DNA of 47,776 bases from Candidatus Undinarchaeales archaeon SRR5007147.bin71 (GCA_014189675.1 DVAE01000001.1:1-47776), one strand, 5' to 3'. Shown: positions 18,317-27,569, counted from the first letter of the stretch. Notes: a model not told the origin generated them from the letters alone. Numbers and translations are program-made.

Positions 18317-18710
18317 TATTTTCCCCCTGGGGCCTGTTCTCAGGCGCTATATGGCATCCTGCACATGCATTTTCTGCTTCTGGATCGTCTTTTTTATGTA
18401 TATTACAAACTATGTCAAAAGCCCTGGGTAAATTAAGCAATCGTAAAAGTTCCTGAAGGGGCTCTGATGTACCATTTTTCAGTCTTTGTGAAGAAATACG
18501 AATTTCCTCAAGCATTTCATCCCCAAATTTGAGCCTTCCGCCTCTTTTCGCACTTCTATATTGTGAAATAGCGCTTGAAGTAACACCTAGAAGAGCTGCA
18601 GCATCACTTTGCTTGAGTTTTTGTTGGTCTATAAGTGAAAGTGCTAATTCGCGCCGTAGAGCTGGTAATACATAATTTGCTTGGATCTCTTGAGGTAATA
18701 GTGTTTTCAT
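18309..18710 (-). CDS. XRE-type HTH transcriptional regulator with a C-terminal Cys/His cluster (COG2522-like)
   Basis: PQEI...VLPALR, HTH Q..AA.LLGVT.SAISQY...KRG and C-terminal CNIH...CAGC; first gene of the suf operon, overlapping sufB. Confidence 0.85.
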   Translation of the reverse strand: MKTLLPQEIQANYVLPALRRELALSLIDQQKLKQSDAAALLGVTSSAISQYRSAKRGGRLKFGDEMLEEIRISSQRLKNGTSEPLQELLRLLNLPRAFDIVCNIHKKDDPEAENACAGCHIAPENRPQGENND

Positions 18711-18722
18711 ACAATAATTAAG

Positions 18723-18740
18723 TTAACAGCCGTTAATAAA
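18723..18740 (-). promoter_or_regulatory. Inverted repeat overlapping the TATA box of the regulator-suf operon (candidate operator)
   Basis: TTAAC-AGCC-GTTAA at 18723-18736; minus-strand TTTATTAA at 18733-18740, 23-30 nt upstream of the ATG. Confidence 0.55.
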
Positions 18741-18756
18741 ACTTGTTATTTAAAAA

Positions 18757-18978
18757 TTATTCCTCTTCTGATATAGCATCAACTGGGCAATACTCTATAG
18801 ATTCCTCTATCATTTTTTTATTGTATTTTTTCTTTTTGATGACTTCTGCCTTTTCTCCCTGCTCTGTTTGCACCATTTTGAAATCAGGATCTTCAAAATT
18901 CACAGTTGGGCAAAGGCAACATCCTATACATTTTTCCTTGTCTACAATTGGCTTTTTCTCAGTAAATTCTTCACTCAT
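18757..18978 (-). CDS. Single-cluster ferredoxin
   Basis: VDKEKCIGCCLCP...CPVDAI motif; ATG (MSEEF) at 18978. Confidence 0.88.
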   Translation of the reverse strand: MSEEFTEKKPIVDKEKCIGCCLCPTVNFEDPDFKMVQTEQGEKAEVIKKKKYNKKMIEESIEYCPVDAISEEE

Positions 18979-19022
18979 ATAAAACAAGTCATTTTTCGGC
19001 TTATAAACTCTTTCACTTAGCC

Positions 19023-19715
19023 CTAAACAGGTGCAACGGACATTAAATAATTCAGGAAGTCAATCAGTACATAGTGGTATAATATCCAGTTAAACATGTA
19101 GATTAGTGCAATTTGTATCATAACTTCTGGAACTGGCCTTGCCGTTAAAATAAGTGTCAAAATCACGAAGAAGACCATATAAACGGTAAGGCTCAGGAAA
19201 TAATAGAATCCAATGTTGATGAGGATACCACTTGTTCCAACAAGCTCAAATATAACACTTATAATTAAAGTCCAGATGCTCAAGTAGATTAACTGGGTGA
19301 TAGCTATTTGAGAGTCCTTGATTATTGCAAAATCAATAAGCCGAGGCTTTGAGTTTATTCTCACCATTATAAGTGTGGTTACAACAATTATTGAGAGGAC
19401 CAGCCATAGGCTGAAGTAAAGCATCAATCCAAAAAGTATTATGTGTACGAAGGCTATGCCTATCTGATTTAAAATGGACATCCTTGATAAAAGGAAAATC
19501 ACAGACAGCAACAAAATGGCGTTTATTGCTTCGTTTTCACCGCCAACATTTGCCGCCCACGCAAGAGTTATTATTAAACCAACTAGGAATACCATTACAA
19601 TTGTTGCAATAAATTTTCCTGGGTTAGGACTTCCTGAAGAATATTGTCTACCTTTTGTCACGGCACCCTTCATGCCGATTCCTCCTCCTAATTTTGAGGC
19701 TAAATCTTTCCGCAT
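19023..19715 (-). CDS. Hypothetical multi-pass membrane protein
   Basis: Long ORF with about 6-7 hydrophobic segments and a Gly-rich N-terminus; no motif recognised. Confidence 0.7.
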   Translation of the reverse strand: MRKDLASKLGGGIGMKGAVTKGRQYSSGSPNPGKFIATIVMVFLVGLIITLAWAANVGGENEAINAILLLSVIFLLSRMSILNQIGIAFVHIILFGLMLYFSLWLVLSIIVVTTLIMVRINSKPRLIDFAIIKDSQIAITQLIYLSIWTLIISVIFELVGTSGILINIGFYYFLSLTVYMVFFVILTLILTARPVPEVMIQIALIYMFNWILYHYVLIDFLNYLMSVAPV

Positions 19716-19735
19716 AGTCCACCACTGTTCTAGTA

Positions 19736-20194
19736 CTATTGCTTTGCCGTTTTATCTATCTTTGTATATCCAAAATAAAGCAATGCTGCGAGTGCAAAGC
19801 CTATCAAGCTCAGCCTGAGGTATTTATTCAGGAATCCCCAATATCTTAGTGTGGTGTAAATAAACAGGAATATTCCTCCACTTAGAAGCCCAGATCCGAC
19901 TGCGTCAAGGCTTGTAAGTAGTATCCCTGCCGCAATTGCTAGTGTTGCTATAGTTCCAAGCGCTATGAAACCAACTCTTGCGTGTTTTTCACTTTCTATG
20001 TCATATATCTCTTCGCAAGCTCGATAGTTAGGGTCATTATTTGGGTTAAAATAAGAGTCTCTTGTCTCATTTTTGTCTAAAAGATCCCAACAGTCATGAT
20101 CAGGACTTTCATAGAAAACGTCCATTCCATATGCAAAGAATATAGTGAATATCAGACCAATACCGATAATGACAAAGAATTTTTTGAAACCCAT
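19736..20194 (-). CDS. Hypothetical membrane protein with a two-Cys extracellular loop
   Basis: TM1, loop containing C...C, then three TMs; ATG (MGFKK) at 20194. Confidence 0.72.
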   Translation of the reverse strand: MGFKKFFVIIGIGLIFTIFFAYGMDVFYESPDHDCWDLLDKNETRDSYFNPNNDPNYRACEEIYDIESEKHARVGFIALGTIATLAIAAGILLTSLDAVGSGLLSGGIFLFIYTTLRYWGFLNKYLRLSLIGFALAALLYFGYTKIDKTAKQ

Positions 20195-20258
20195 GTTATA
20201 GTTTAGTGGGAAATTTGTATATAAAGCTTTATTTAGTCTTATGTTCAATTATCAAACT

Positions 20259-21158
20259 ATGTTCAGAATAACTTTTCTCGGAACAAGCTCAGGCACGCCT
20301 ACCGTAGCGAGGGCTCATTCAGCAATAGCTCTTCACTTGGGTGGGGAGATACTTCTTTTCGACTGCGGAGAAGGAACTCAGAGGCAGATGATGAAGGCGA
20401 AAACATCTATGATGAAAGTCCGCAGAATTTTTATTACACACTGGCATGCTGACCATTCTCTTGGTCTTGGAGGTCTTATTCAGACAATGTCCTTGCTCGG
20501 AAGGACTGATGCTCTTGAGATATATGGTCCAAGTGGGACGAAAAAATATATGAAAAGCCTTCTTGATGTTGGTCACTTCAGTCCAAAATATCAGCTTCGC
20601 GTAAACGAGCTTAAGGATGGAGAAAAAGTTGAAACAAAGGACTACACTGTCTTGGCAATAGACGCTAAACATTCTGTTCCTGCCCTAAGTTATCGCATGG
20701 ATGAGCCCCAGAAACCTGGAAAATTTGACAGGAAAAAGGCAGAGTCTTTTGGGCTAAAACCACCTCAATTCGGTGAGCTTCAGCGCGGAAATACTCAAAA
20801 GGTTGGAAGAAAAACCATTAAGCCCTCAGATGTCATGGGTCCGCTCAGAGAGGGCGCTTCTTTTGTTTATTCAGGGGACACAGCGTATAATGAGTCTCTT
20901 GTAAAATTGTCGAAGAAGGCCACAGTCTTGGTCCACGAATCAAGCTTTGCTAATGATAAAAAAGACTTTGCAAAGGAAGTCCTACATTCAACAGCAGAAG
21001 ACGCTGCGACCGTCGCAAAAAAAGCAGGAGTCAAAAATCTTGTGCTGACTCATATAAGTCCAAGGTATCTGGAGACTGATGTTCTTTTGAAAGAAGCTAG
21101 TAAAATTTTCAAAAATACCACTCTTGTGAAAGATTTTGATAAGCTAGAATTTAAGTAG
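20259..21158 (+). CDS. rnz: Ribonuclease Z (tRNA 3' processing)
   Basis: FLGTSSG.PT, DCGEGTQRQ, THWHADH, exosite region, SGDT, HST and LTHIS.RY motifs. Confidence 0.96.
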   Translation: MFRITFLGTSSGTPTVARAHSAIALHLGGEILLFDCGEGTQRQMMKAKTSMMKVRRIFITHWHADHSLGLGGLIQTMSLLGRTDALEIYGPSGTKKYMKSLLDVGHFSPKYQLRVNELKDGEKVETKDYTVLAIDAKHSVPALSYRMDEPQKPGKFDRKKAESFGLKPPQFGELQRGNTQKVGRKTIKPSDVMGPLREGASFVYSGDTAYNESLVKLSKKATVLVHESSFANDKKDFAKEVLHSTAEDAATVAKKAGVKNLVLTHISPRYLETDVLLKEASKIFKNTTLVKDFDKLEFK

Positions 21159-22013
21159 TTAGCAGGCAGCTGCGATTGTAGTAAATACTGACACTATATA
21201 CGGTGCTGTATATGCAAAAATAACGATCATGGGTATTGCCCAGGCTAAAATAGCTTTCACTGTATCAAATCCATGGGAGACCTTTGTTGCAATCGTCAAA
21301 GGATAAAACCACAACATTCCAGCTATTAAATATGCTATAAATATTACGCAAGTATTAGGTATTGCCGAAACCATCGCCAGTAGGAGTACTATTGGCGACA
21401 TAGAAATTGCGATTAAGTGTGAGTGAGTTCTGAAACTTTTCTTTCCACCTATCGCCAGGGAGAAGAAATGTAGTAATGCGCTGAATGAAATCCACAGAAG
21501 TATTGCTACAAGAGGGTACACAAGAATATGTGAAAAGGATTTCAGTGCTCCTGCTTTTCCAAAAATACTTGAAATTCCAATTCCTGAAGCAAGAGCTTCA
21601 GTAGAAGCTCCTGTAAAAATTGTCGAAATCACCGTTATTAAGCCACCAATAAGTCCTCCTAAAACACCTGCAATGGCAATATGTGCCATTGAGTTTGGAA
21701 GTCTTGCTGCTTTTCTCTCTTTTGTAAAGATGGCAGTAGGCGACACAAAAACTCTTACCCACATCGTGAGATAATCAGCTATACTAAGTTCTCTCTCTTT
21801 CAGAGTTTTCGTTGCTGTCTTCCTTGGTCCGACTTGGACTTGCGTTGGTTTAGGTTTTGTTATTCCTTCTATGGAAGTATCTATTTTTCTAATGTCATGA
21901 CCAAAGCTTACAAGGTGCTGGCGAATATTCTCTTCACTGTGACCCAAAGCAATCTGTTGCTTTATGTACTCTTCCAGCCCTTCTTTAGTCATACTCTGCC
22001 TAAAGTTTTCCAT
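21159..22013 (-). CDS. Yip1-domain membrane protein with a small N-terminal helical domain
   Basis: W..V..SP..F, H......GGK..F and about 5 TMs; N-terminal YIKQQIALGHSEENIRQHLVSFGH. Confidence 0.75.
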   Translation of the reverse strand: MENFRQSMTKEGLEEYIKQQIALGHSEENIRQHLVSFGHDIRKIDTSIEGITKPKPTQVQVGPRKTATKTLKERELSIADYLTMWVRVFVSPTAIFTKERKAARLPNSMAHIAIAGVLGGLIGGLITVISTIFTGASTEALASGIGISSIFGKAGALKSFSHILVYPLVAILLWISFSALLHFFSLAIGGKKSFRTHSHLIAISMSPIVLLLAMVSAIPNTCVIFIAYLIAGMLWFYPLTIATKVSHGFDTVKAILAWAIPMIVIFAYTAPYIVSVFTTIAAAC

Positions 22014-22101
22014 TATATATCTCTTGCTTCTGCTATGTTTTGCTATGTTTTTGTTTGAAAATTGGTCAAATATTTAAACTCGCTGCCACAGAGCTTAGTT
22101 T

Positions 22102-23265
22102 ATGCAGGAAAATCCCTTCAGCGATTCCGTCCCATCCCATCTTGCCATAGCGGCAACAGTTTACACCAAACCCCTTTCTGACCTTGAAAAACTATCTGAT
22201 ACCAATCGGTCAAAGCTTTTTCTTGTTATTGGGGACTATGGAAACGGAAAATCTCATGCATTAGAAAAGCTGAAGAATGATTTAAACATCAAGAAAAAGG
22301 ATACTCTTGCTGTGTACACCTCAGCCTTTGCCACAAAAAGCTTGAGAAGAATTTACGAACAGGTTTGCGCTGAGCTTATTACAGGGAAAATCGAAAAGTT
22401 TGAAAAAGGCAGTGAAGTTCGTCTAGCAATGGTCTCTAAAGGTATTCCTTCCAAAATAATTGAAATTTTTTATGAGGGCAATCATCTCAAAAATCTTGAC
22501 GGGATTTCTGAGTGTCTTCCTTTCGGCAAAGTGGTTAACTCTTCAGCTGATGCGGTTGATTTCATCTGTGCAATAAGTCTTCTTGTAGACCAGCTTGTAC
22601 TTTTAATAGATGATATTGAAGAAGCAAGTGTTCTTGAGAGGGCGGAACGCAAGGCATTTTTCGGTCACATAAGAGCTCTCTACGACCAGGCAGTGAGAAA
22701 GGACTTGAATCTTACTGTAATTTTGGCTATGACTTACAAAAAAGTTGAGCTTCTTGAGGCAGATCGCCCGGATTTGCTGGAAAGAACAGACCATTTTATT
22801 GATTTTGTCAAGCCTAGCAAGAAGGAGTTTTCTGAAATGGTTAAAAGGCGACTGGAGGTAAGTGGGCTTGGAAATTATTCTTTCACAGATGATACACTTG
22901 AAGCCACGTGGGAAGGCTTCCCTTCAATAAGGTCCATGTTTAATCTTCTCCGTGATAGTCTTGACAAGGCAGAGAAAGAAGGACTTGAGGAAATTAAATC
23001 TATAACTGTTCCTCAAAAGAAAAAATCGGAGATGGCAAGTGCTCTAAAAAGGGCAGCATATAAGCCGGCAGACGATGAAATTGTTACAGCTCTGAGAAAA
23101 AATGATGGTATGTATGTTGAAGAAATTGTGAGCAGAACTAAGATGAGCGCGTCATGGATACGTCACAGGCTCGCAGATTTGGTAAGAGGGAATATCCTAA
23201 GGAAGGAACAGGAGGCAAGAAATAAACCTGCCAAATACTATTTGGTAAAGGGTAAGAGTCGCTGA
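22102..23265 (+). CDS. P-loop AAA+-type ATPase with a C-terminal winged HTH
   Basis: N-terminal ENPF, Walker A GDYGNGKSH, Walker B LLIDDIEE, helical lid and C-terminal wHTH (EEIVSRTKMSASWIRHRLADLV..NIL). Confidence 0.8.
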   Translation: MQENPFSDSVPSHLAIAATVYTKPLSDLEKLSDTNRSKLFLVIGDYGNGKSHALEKLKNDLNIKKKDTLAVYTSAFATKSLRRIYEQVCAELITGKIEKFEKGSEVRLAMVSKGIPSKIIEIFYEGNHLKNLDGISECLPFGKVVNSSADAVDFICAISLLVDQLVLLIDDIEEASVLERAERKAFFGHIRALYDQAVRKDLNLTVILAMTYKKVELLEADRPDLLERTDHFIDFVKPSKKEFSEMVKRRLEVSGLGNYSFTDDTLEATWEGFPSIRSMFNLLRDSLDKAEKEGLEEIKSITVPQKKKSEMASALKRAAYKPADDEIVTALRKNDGMYVEEIVSRTKMSASWIRHRLADLVRGNILRKEQEARNKPAKYYLVKGKSR

Positions 23266-23270
23266 ATTAT

Positions 23271-23990
23271 ATGAGAATTGGAGCCCGAGTTTTTTCAATT
23301 TCTGTAGATGAAGATGAATATCTCACTATACTAAATAGACTTGAAAAGAACTATTCGCTTATTGTAGATCCCAGGAAATTTGACACCCCTCTCAAAATAA
23401 ATGCGCGTTTCAAGACTCGGGACTCAAAAACCAGGTATATAGAATTAAATTCTAGCGGGATGGCTTATATTGAACACAGTGGATTGAAAAAAGAGGCCGA
23501 AAAAATTCTTGATTCCTTTAAATTTCTTATTTCATCTATGATGAGTGAGATGCAGGTAAAAGAGGAGGATTTTGAGATTGTTACAATGGAGCTCCTTTCC
23601 AGAAAAAAACCACTACTAATGCCAAATGACAAAGAGGAACTTCAAACATTCAGGCGTCTTGAAACCAAGAATATTCTCTCCCGGGCCCAGCCAGTGAAAT
23701 GTCCTCGATGCAGCCAGTCATTTCTCTTGCTCTATGAAAATTTAATTAATCCTGAACACAGGGTGCTTTGTTCTGATTGTATGTTCTGGTTTTCTCCTAA
23801 AAATAAAAAGGAAGTTTACGTGGTAAATGAGGAGTATATGAAGGTTATGAGTGGCGTATGGAACAAGGTTCAAAAGATAATAAATGCTAGCTGGAGGGAA
23901 GTTACAAGGCATGGCCTGCCAATGATAGGCCGTGGGAGTACTCTAGATGAAAAAAAACCTGAGAAAAAAACACCTTCTAAAAAGAAGTGA
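23271..23990 (+). CDS. Hypothetical protein with a zinc ribbon (CPRC...CSDC)
   Basis: Two CxxC pairs; starts 5 nt after the ATPase stop. Confidence 0.72.
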   Translation: MRIGARVFSISVDEDEYLTILNRLEKNYSLIVDPRKFDTPLKINARFKTRDSKTRYIELNSSGMAYIEHSGLKKEAEKILDSFKFLISSMMSEMQVKEEDFEIVTMELLSRKKPLLMPNDKEELQTFRRLETKNILSRAQPVKCPRCSQSFLLLYENLINPEHRVLCSDCMFWFSPKNKKEVYVVNEEYMKVMSGVWNKVQKIINASWREVTRHGLPMIGRGSTLDEKKPEKKTPSKKK

Positions 23991-24519
23991 AATCCCAATC
24001 CCTTCAGTTTTGAAAAAAAGCGAAGTCATTGGGGAAAAATTATTGCAGCTTCAGGAGATTTCTGAGTCTTCAAAAATAATGCTTTATTCCTCTCTGGAAT
24101 CTGAGGTAGATACTGCGGTGATTATACGCTTCTGTCTCAAAAGTGGGAAAGAAGTCTACCTCCCTCGGACTGACATCAAAACACGAAAAATGGAGGCAGT
24201 TCGTATAAAGAAGTTCCCAGATGAGGTCGAAAGTGCTTCCTTTGGAATACTTGAACCCAAAAAAGAACTGCCTGCCTGTGAAAGCATCAGGGAAATAGAC
24301 TTGGTTATTGTTCCTGGTGTGGCATTTGACGAAAGTGGAAATAGACTTGGTTATGGCTTTGGTTTTTACGACAGGTTCTTAGCGGAAATCAGAGCCCCAA
24401 AAATAGGGCTATCATTTGAATCACACATTCTTGATATAGTTCCTACTGAGTCACATGATATAAAGGTGGACAAAATAGTGACAGAACTCCGTGTTATAGA
24501 CTGTTCTAATTTTTCTTGA
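23947..24519 (+). CDS. 5-formyltetrahydrofolate cyclo-ligase
   Basis: K..LR, EVDT, FGILEP and VPGVAFD..GNRLGYG.GFYDRFL motifs. Confidence 0.95.
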   Translation: MKKNLRKKHLLKRSEIPIPSVLKKSEVIGEKLLQLQEISESSKIMLYSSLESEVDTAVIIRFCLKSGKEVYLPRTDIKTRKMEAVRIKKFPDEVESASFGILEPKKELPACESIREIDLVIVPGVAFDESGNRLGYGFGFYDRFLAEIRAPKIGLSFESHILDIVPTESHDIKVDKIVTELRVIDCSNFS

Positions 24520-24552
24520 AATTATATAAATGACTTGATACTATTTTGTTTT

Positions 24553-25800
24553 ATGGTCAATTTAGAGCCCTTAAAACAAGGAGATCCTGAATTGTATAAT
24601 CTCATTGTGAAAGAGACCTCGCGACAGAATTCCGGTCTCGAGCTTATACCTTCAGAGAATTTTGTCAGCAAGGCAGTTCTTGAAGCAATGGGTTCCGTCC
24701 TGACAAACAAGTATGCTGAAGGTTATCCGGGAAAACGGTATTATGGTGGAAACCAGTATATTGACCAGATAGAGCAAATTGCAATAGATCGTGCAAAGAG
24801 CCTTTTTGGTGCAGAATACGCAAATGTTCAGCCAAATTCCGGTTCTCCTGCTAACATGGCTGTCTATTTTGCCCTCATGGAGGCAGGAGACAAGCTTATG
24901 GGTCTTGAACTCTCACAGGGAGGCCATCTAACCCACGGGAGCCCTGTTAATTTTTCCGGAAAATTATACGAAGCTTCTTCTTACAGTGTTGATAAAGAAA
25001 CTGAAATGATTGATATGGATGTTGTCAGGAAGTATGCAGAAAAGGAAAAACCAAAAATTCTCCTGTCCAGTACCACTGCATACCCCCGAGAGCTGGATTT
25101 CAAGGAATTTTCCGAAATTGCCAAGGATATCGGAGCCATATCGCTGGCAGATATAGCGCATATTGCAGGTCTGGTAATTGGAAAGGTGCATCAGGATCCA
25201 TTTCCCTTTACTGATGTTGTTACAACGACTACTCACAAGACTCTCCGTGGACCAAGGAGCGGTCTTATACTCTGCAAGGAAGAATATGGGAAGGCAATTG
25301 ATAAGGCAGTATTTCCTGGAATGCAAGGTGGGCCCCACGAGCATATAATAGCTGCAAAAGCAGTATGTTTTAAGGAAGCAGCAAGTCCAGAGTTCTCTGA
25401 ATACGCAAAACAAATAGTCAAAAACGCAAAAAAACTTTCCGAATCGCTCATAGAGCACGGCTTTAGGCTTGTAACAGGTGGTACTGACAATCATCTCATG
25501 TTGATAGACCTTACAAACAAAGGAATAACTGGTAAGGAGGCCCAAAATTCCTTGGATGAGGCTGGAATAACAACAAACAGGAATACAATCCCCTTTGAAC
25601 CAAGATCTCCATTTGATCCCTCTGGTCTAAGACTTGGAACACCTGCAATAACTAGCCGTGGTATGAAAGAGTCTGAAATGGAGCAGGTTGCCGGCTGGAT
25701 AAATAGAGTTATAGAAAATCACGGGGATTCATCACTTAAGGAAAAAATCAGAGAGGAAATACGAGAATTTTGCACGGAATTTCCATTATATCCTAAATAA
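24553..25800 (+). CDS. glyA: Serine hydroxymethyltransferase
   Basis: [29 protein letters not shown] and [12 protein letters not shown] (PLP Lys); ATG (MVNLE) at 24553. Confidence 0.97.
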   Translation: MVNLEPLKQGDPELYNLIVKETSRQNSGLELIPSENFVSKAVLEAMGSVLTNKYAEGYPGKRYYGGNQYIDQIEQIAIDRAKSLFGAEYANVQPNSGSPANMAVYFALMEAGDKLMGLELSQGGHLTHGSPVNFSGKLYEASSYSVDKETEMIDMDVVRKYAEKEKPKILLSSTTAYPRELDFKEFSEIAKDIGAISLADIAHIAGLVIGKVHQDPFPFTDVVTTTTHKTLRGPRSGLILCKEEYGKAIDKAVFPGMQGGPHEHIIAAKAVCFKEAASPEFSEYAKQIVKNAKKLSESLIEHGFRLVTGGTDNHLMLIDLTNKGITGKEAQNSLDEAGITTNRNTIPFEPRSPFDPSGLRLGTPAITSRGMKESEMEQVAGWINRVIENHGDSSLKEKIREEIREFCTEFPLYPK

Positions 25801-26630
25801 TGCCTGCACAACTTATTGATGGTCAAAAAATAGCTAAGGATAAATACATAGCTTTGCAGCTTGCAATAGCTAAACTTGATTTTCAGCCAGGTATAGCTAC
25901 AATTGTTACAGAGGATAATGCGGCCTCAAAACTTTATGCTTCAAAAAGAGGAGAAATAGCAAAGAGTATTGGCATGTATTCTGAAGTTCATGATTTAGGA
26001 GGATCTTCCAAAGATAAAGATATTATCAGACTTATCTCAGATCTTAACAAGGATGTAAAAATTCACGGGATAATTGTTCAGATGCCCCTCCCAAAAAATG
26101 CAGACATCAGTGCTGTTCTGGGATCTCTCAATCCTAAAAAAGACGCGGATGGGATGCACCCCTCTAACCTTGGAAATTTATTTTTAGGCACTCCTGTTAT
26201 AATTCCTGCTACAAGTAAAGCTATACTTGAGTTAATAAATTCAACAGGACTTAGCCTTCCAGGCACGAAGGTTACTGTTATAGGGAATGGTCTTGCATCA
26301 GGAAAACCAACTGCGCTTCTTCTTCAAAATGCGGGAGCTGTAGTCACAGTATGCAATTCCAAAACAAAAAATTTAAAGAGCCACACTCTTGATGCAGACA
26401 TAGTTATTGCTTCTGCGGGAAAAGCAAAAATTCTTACTGAAGATATGATAAAAGAAGGAGCAATCATTATAGATGCAGGTATAAACATCCTTGATGGAAA
26501 GATTGTCGGGGATCTTGACTTTAAAGGAGTGTCTAAAAAAGCGGCGTATATTACACAAGTCCCAGGTGGACTTGGCCCTCTTACTTCTGCAAGTCTCCTC
26601 GAGAATGTAATTTCCCTTGCATTACGATAA
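25800..26630 (+). CDS. folD: Methylene-THF dehydrogenase/cyclohydrolase family protein (divergent)
   Basis: IDG..IA, GIIVQMPLP, KDADG, DAGIN and VPGGLGP motifs; follows glyA. Confidence 0.92.
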   Translation: MPAQLIDGQKIAKDKYIALQLAIAKLDFQPGIATIVTEDNAASKLYASKRGEIAKSIGMYSEVHDLGGSSKDKDIIRLISDLNKDVKIHGIIVQMPLPKNADISAVLGSLNPKKDADGMHPSNLGNLFLGTPVIIPATSKAILELINSTGLSLPGTKVTVIGNGLASGKPTALLLQNAGAVVTVCNSKTKNLKSHTLDADIVIASAGKAKILTEDMIKEGAIIIDAGINILDGKIVGDLDFKGVSKKAAYITQVPGGLGPLTSASLLENVISLALR

Positions 26631-27479
26631 TTACCTTGGGACAATGTGGACGAATGCTTCCTCTATCCCTTCCAGATCCTCAATATCATCCCTTACTTCT
26701 TCCTGTATTTTATGAACAAGAGTCACTGTGTCTTTCTCATCCACATAAATTTCAATTTCAACGTGGACTTGATTTCCAACATAATGAGGTCTTACTGCTC
26801 CAATACCGATAACTCCTCTTACTTCTTTAGCAGTGTTTCGTATAGCTTTCACCATCTCAGGATCAGGTGTTCCACCCATTAAATAATTCATATTCTCACT
26901 GGCTATTCTATATCCTGCCCACAAAATAAAGAGGGCAACCATGCCTGCCGCGATGCTGTCAGCCAGAGGGAAATATTTTATTCCTATAACTCCTATAAGC
27001 GCAACAGCAGAAGAAATAGAGTCATATCTCCCGTCAATTGCAATCGCTTTGATAGAGGGACTCCTTAATTTTTCAGAGACTTTTGTGTGATATATAGACA
27101 TAATAGCTTTAACAATAACACTCATTGCCAGAACTCCTATTGCCAGCCAGCTGAAAATCACATCAGTCGGATTTAAGATTCTTGAAACTGCCGCTGTGAT
27201 AATTTCATATGCTGCAAGTCCTGCAAAAAGTGCCACTATGAGCCCGGCAACTGGCTCTGCCCTCGTATAGCCATACATATGCCCTGGGTCTGCTTTCTTC
27301 CTAGATATTCTGAAAGATATTGCTACTGCAAAGGAAGTTAGTACATCTGTCAGTGAGTTAATTGCATCAGATATTACCGCGAGACTGCCTGTGCTAATTC
27401 CAACAACAAGTTTTAAAACAAATAATATAGTGTTTACTACAACTCCAACGGTAGTTGCAATACTTCCAGCCTTTTCCAT
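26631..27479 (-). CDS. Cation diffusion facilitator (FieF-like) transporter
   Basis: SLAVISDAINSLTD, H.YG..RAE, about 6 TMs and C-terminal dimerisation domain (VHI.P). Confidence 0.92.
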   Translation of the reverse strand: MEKAGSIATTVGVVVNTILFVLKLVVGISTGSLAVISDAINSLTDVLTSFAVAISFRISRKKADPGHMYGYTRAEPVAGLIVALFAGLAAYEIITAAVSRILNPTDVIFSWLAIGVLAMSVIVKAIMSIYHTKVSEKLRSPSIKAIAIDGRYDSISSAVALIGVIGIKYFPLADSIAAGMVALFILWAGYRIASENMNYLMGGTPDPEMVKAIRNTAKEVRGVIGIGAVRPHYVGNQVHVEIEIYVDEKDTVTLVHKIQEEVRDDIEDLEGIEEAFVHIVPR

Positions 27480-27569
27480 GAACTGACTTTGATATTACAT
27501 GGAGCTTAATTAATCTTTCTGTCCTGCTCAGCCCCAAACCTTATAAAAACAAATTCTTTAGAGTGAAAT

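Noticed and set aside
7168..20200. Integrated genomic island at tRNA-Ser
   Set aside because: Gene content looks accessory, but I found no integrase and no duplicate of the tRNA-Ser 3' end by eye, and core genes (rtcB, archease) lie inside.
22102..23265. BREX system (BrxD) or Orc1/Cdc6 with a replication origin
   Set aside because: No pglX, pglZ or brxHI neighbours, and no ORB-like repeats or large AT-rich intergenic region next to the gene; kept as an unassigned ATPase.
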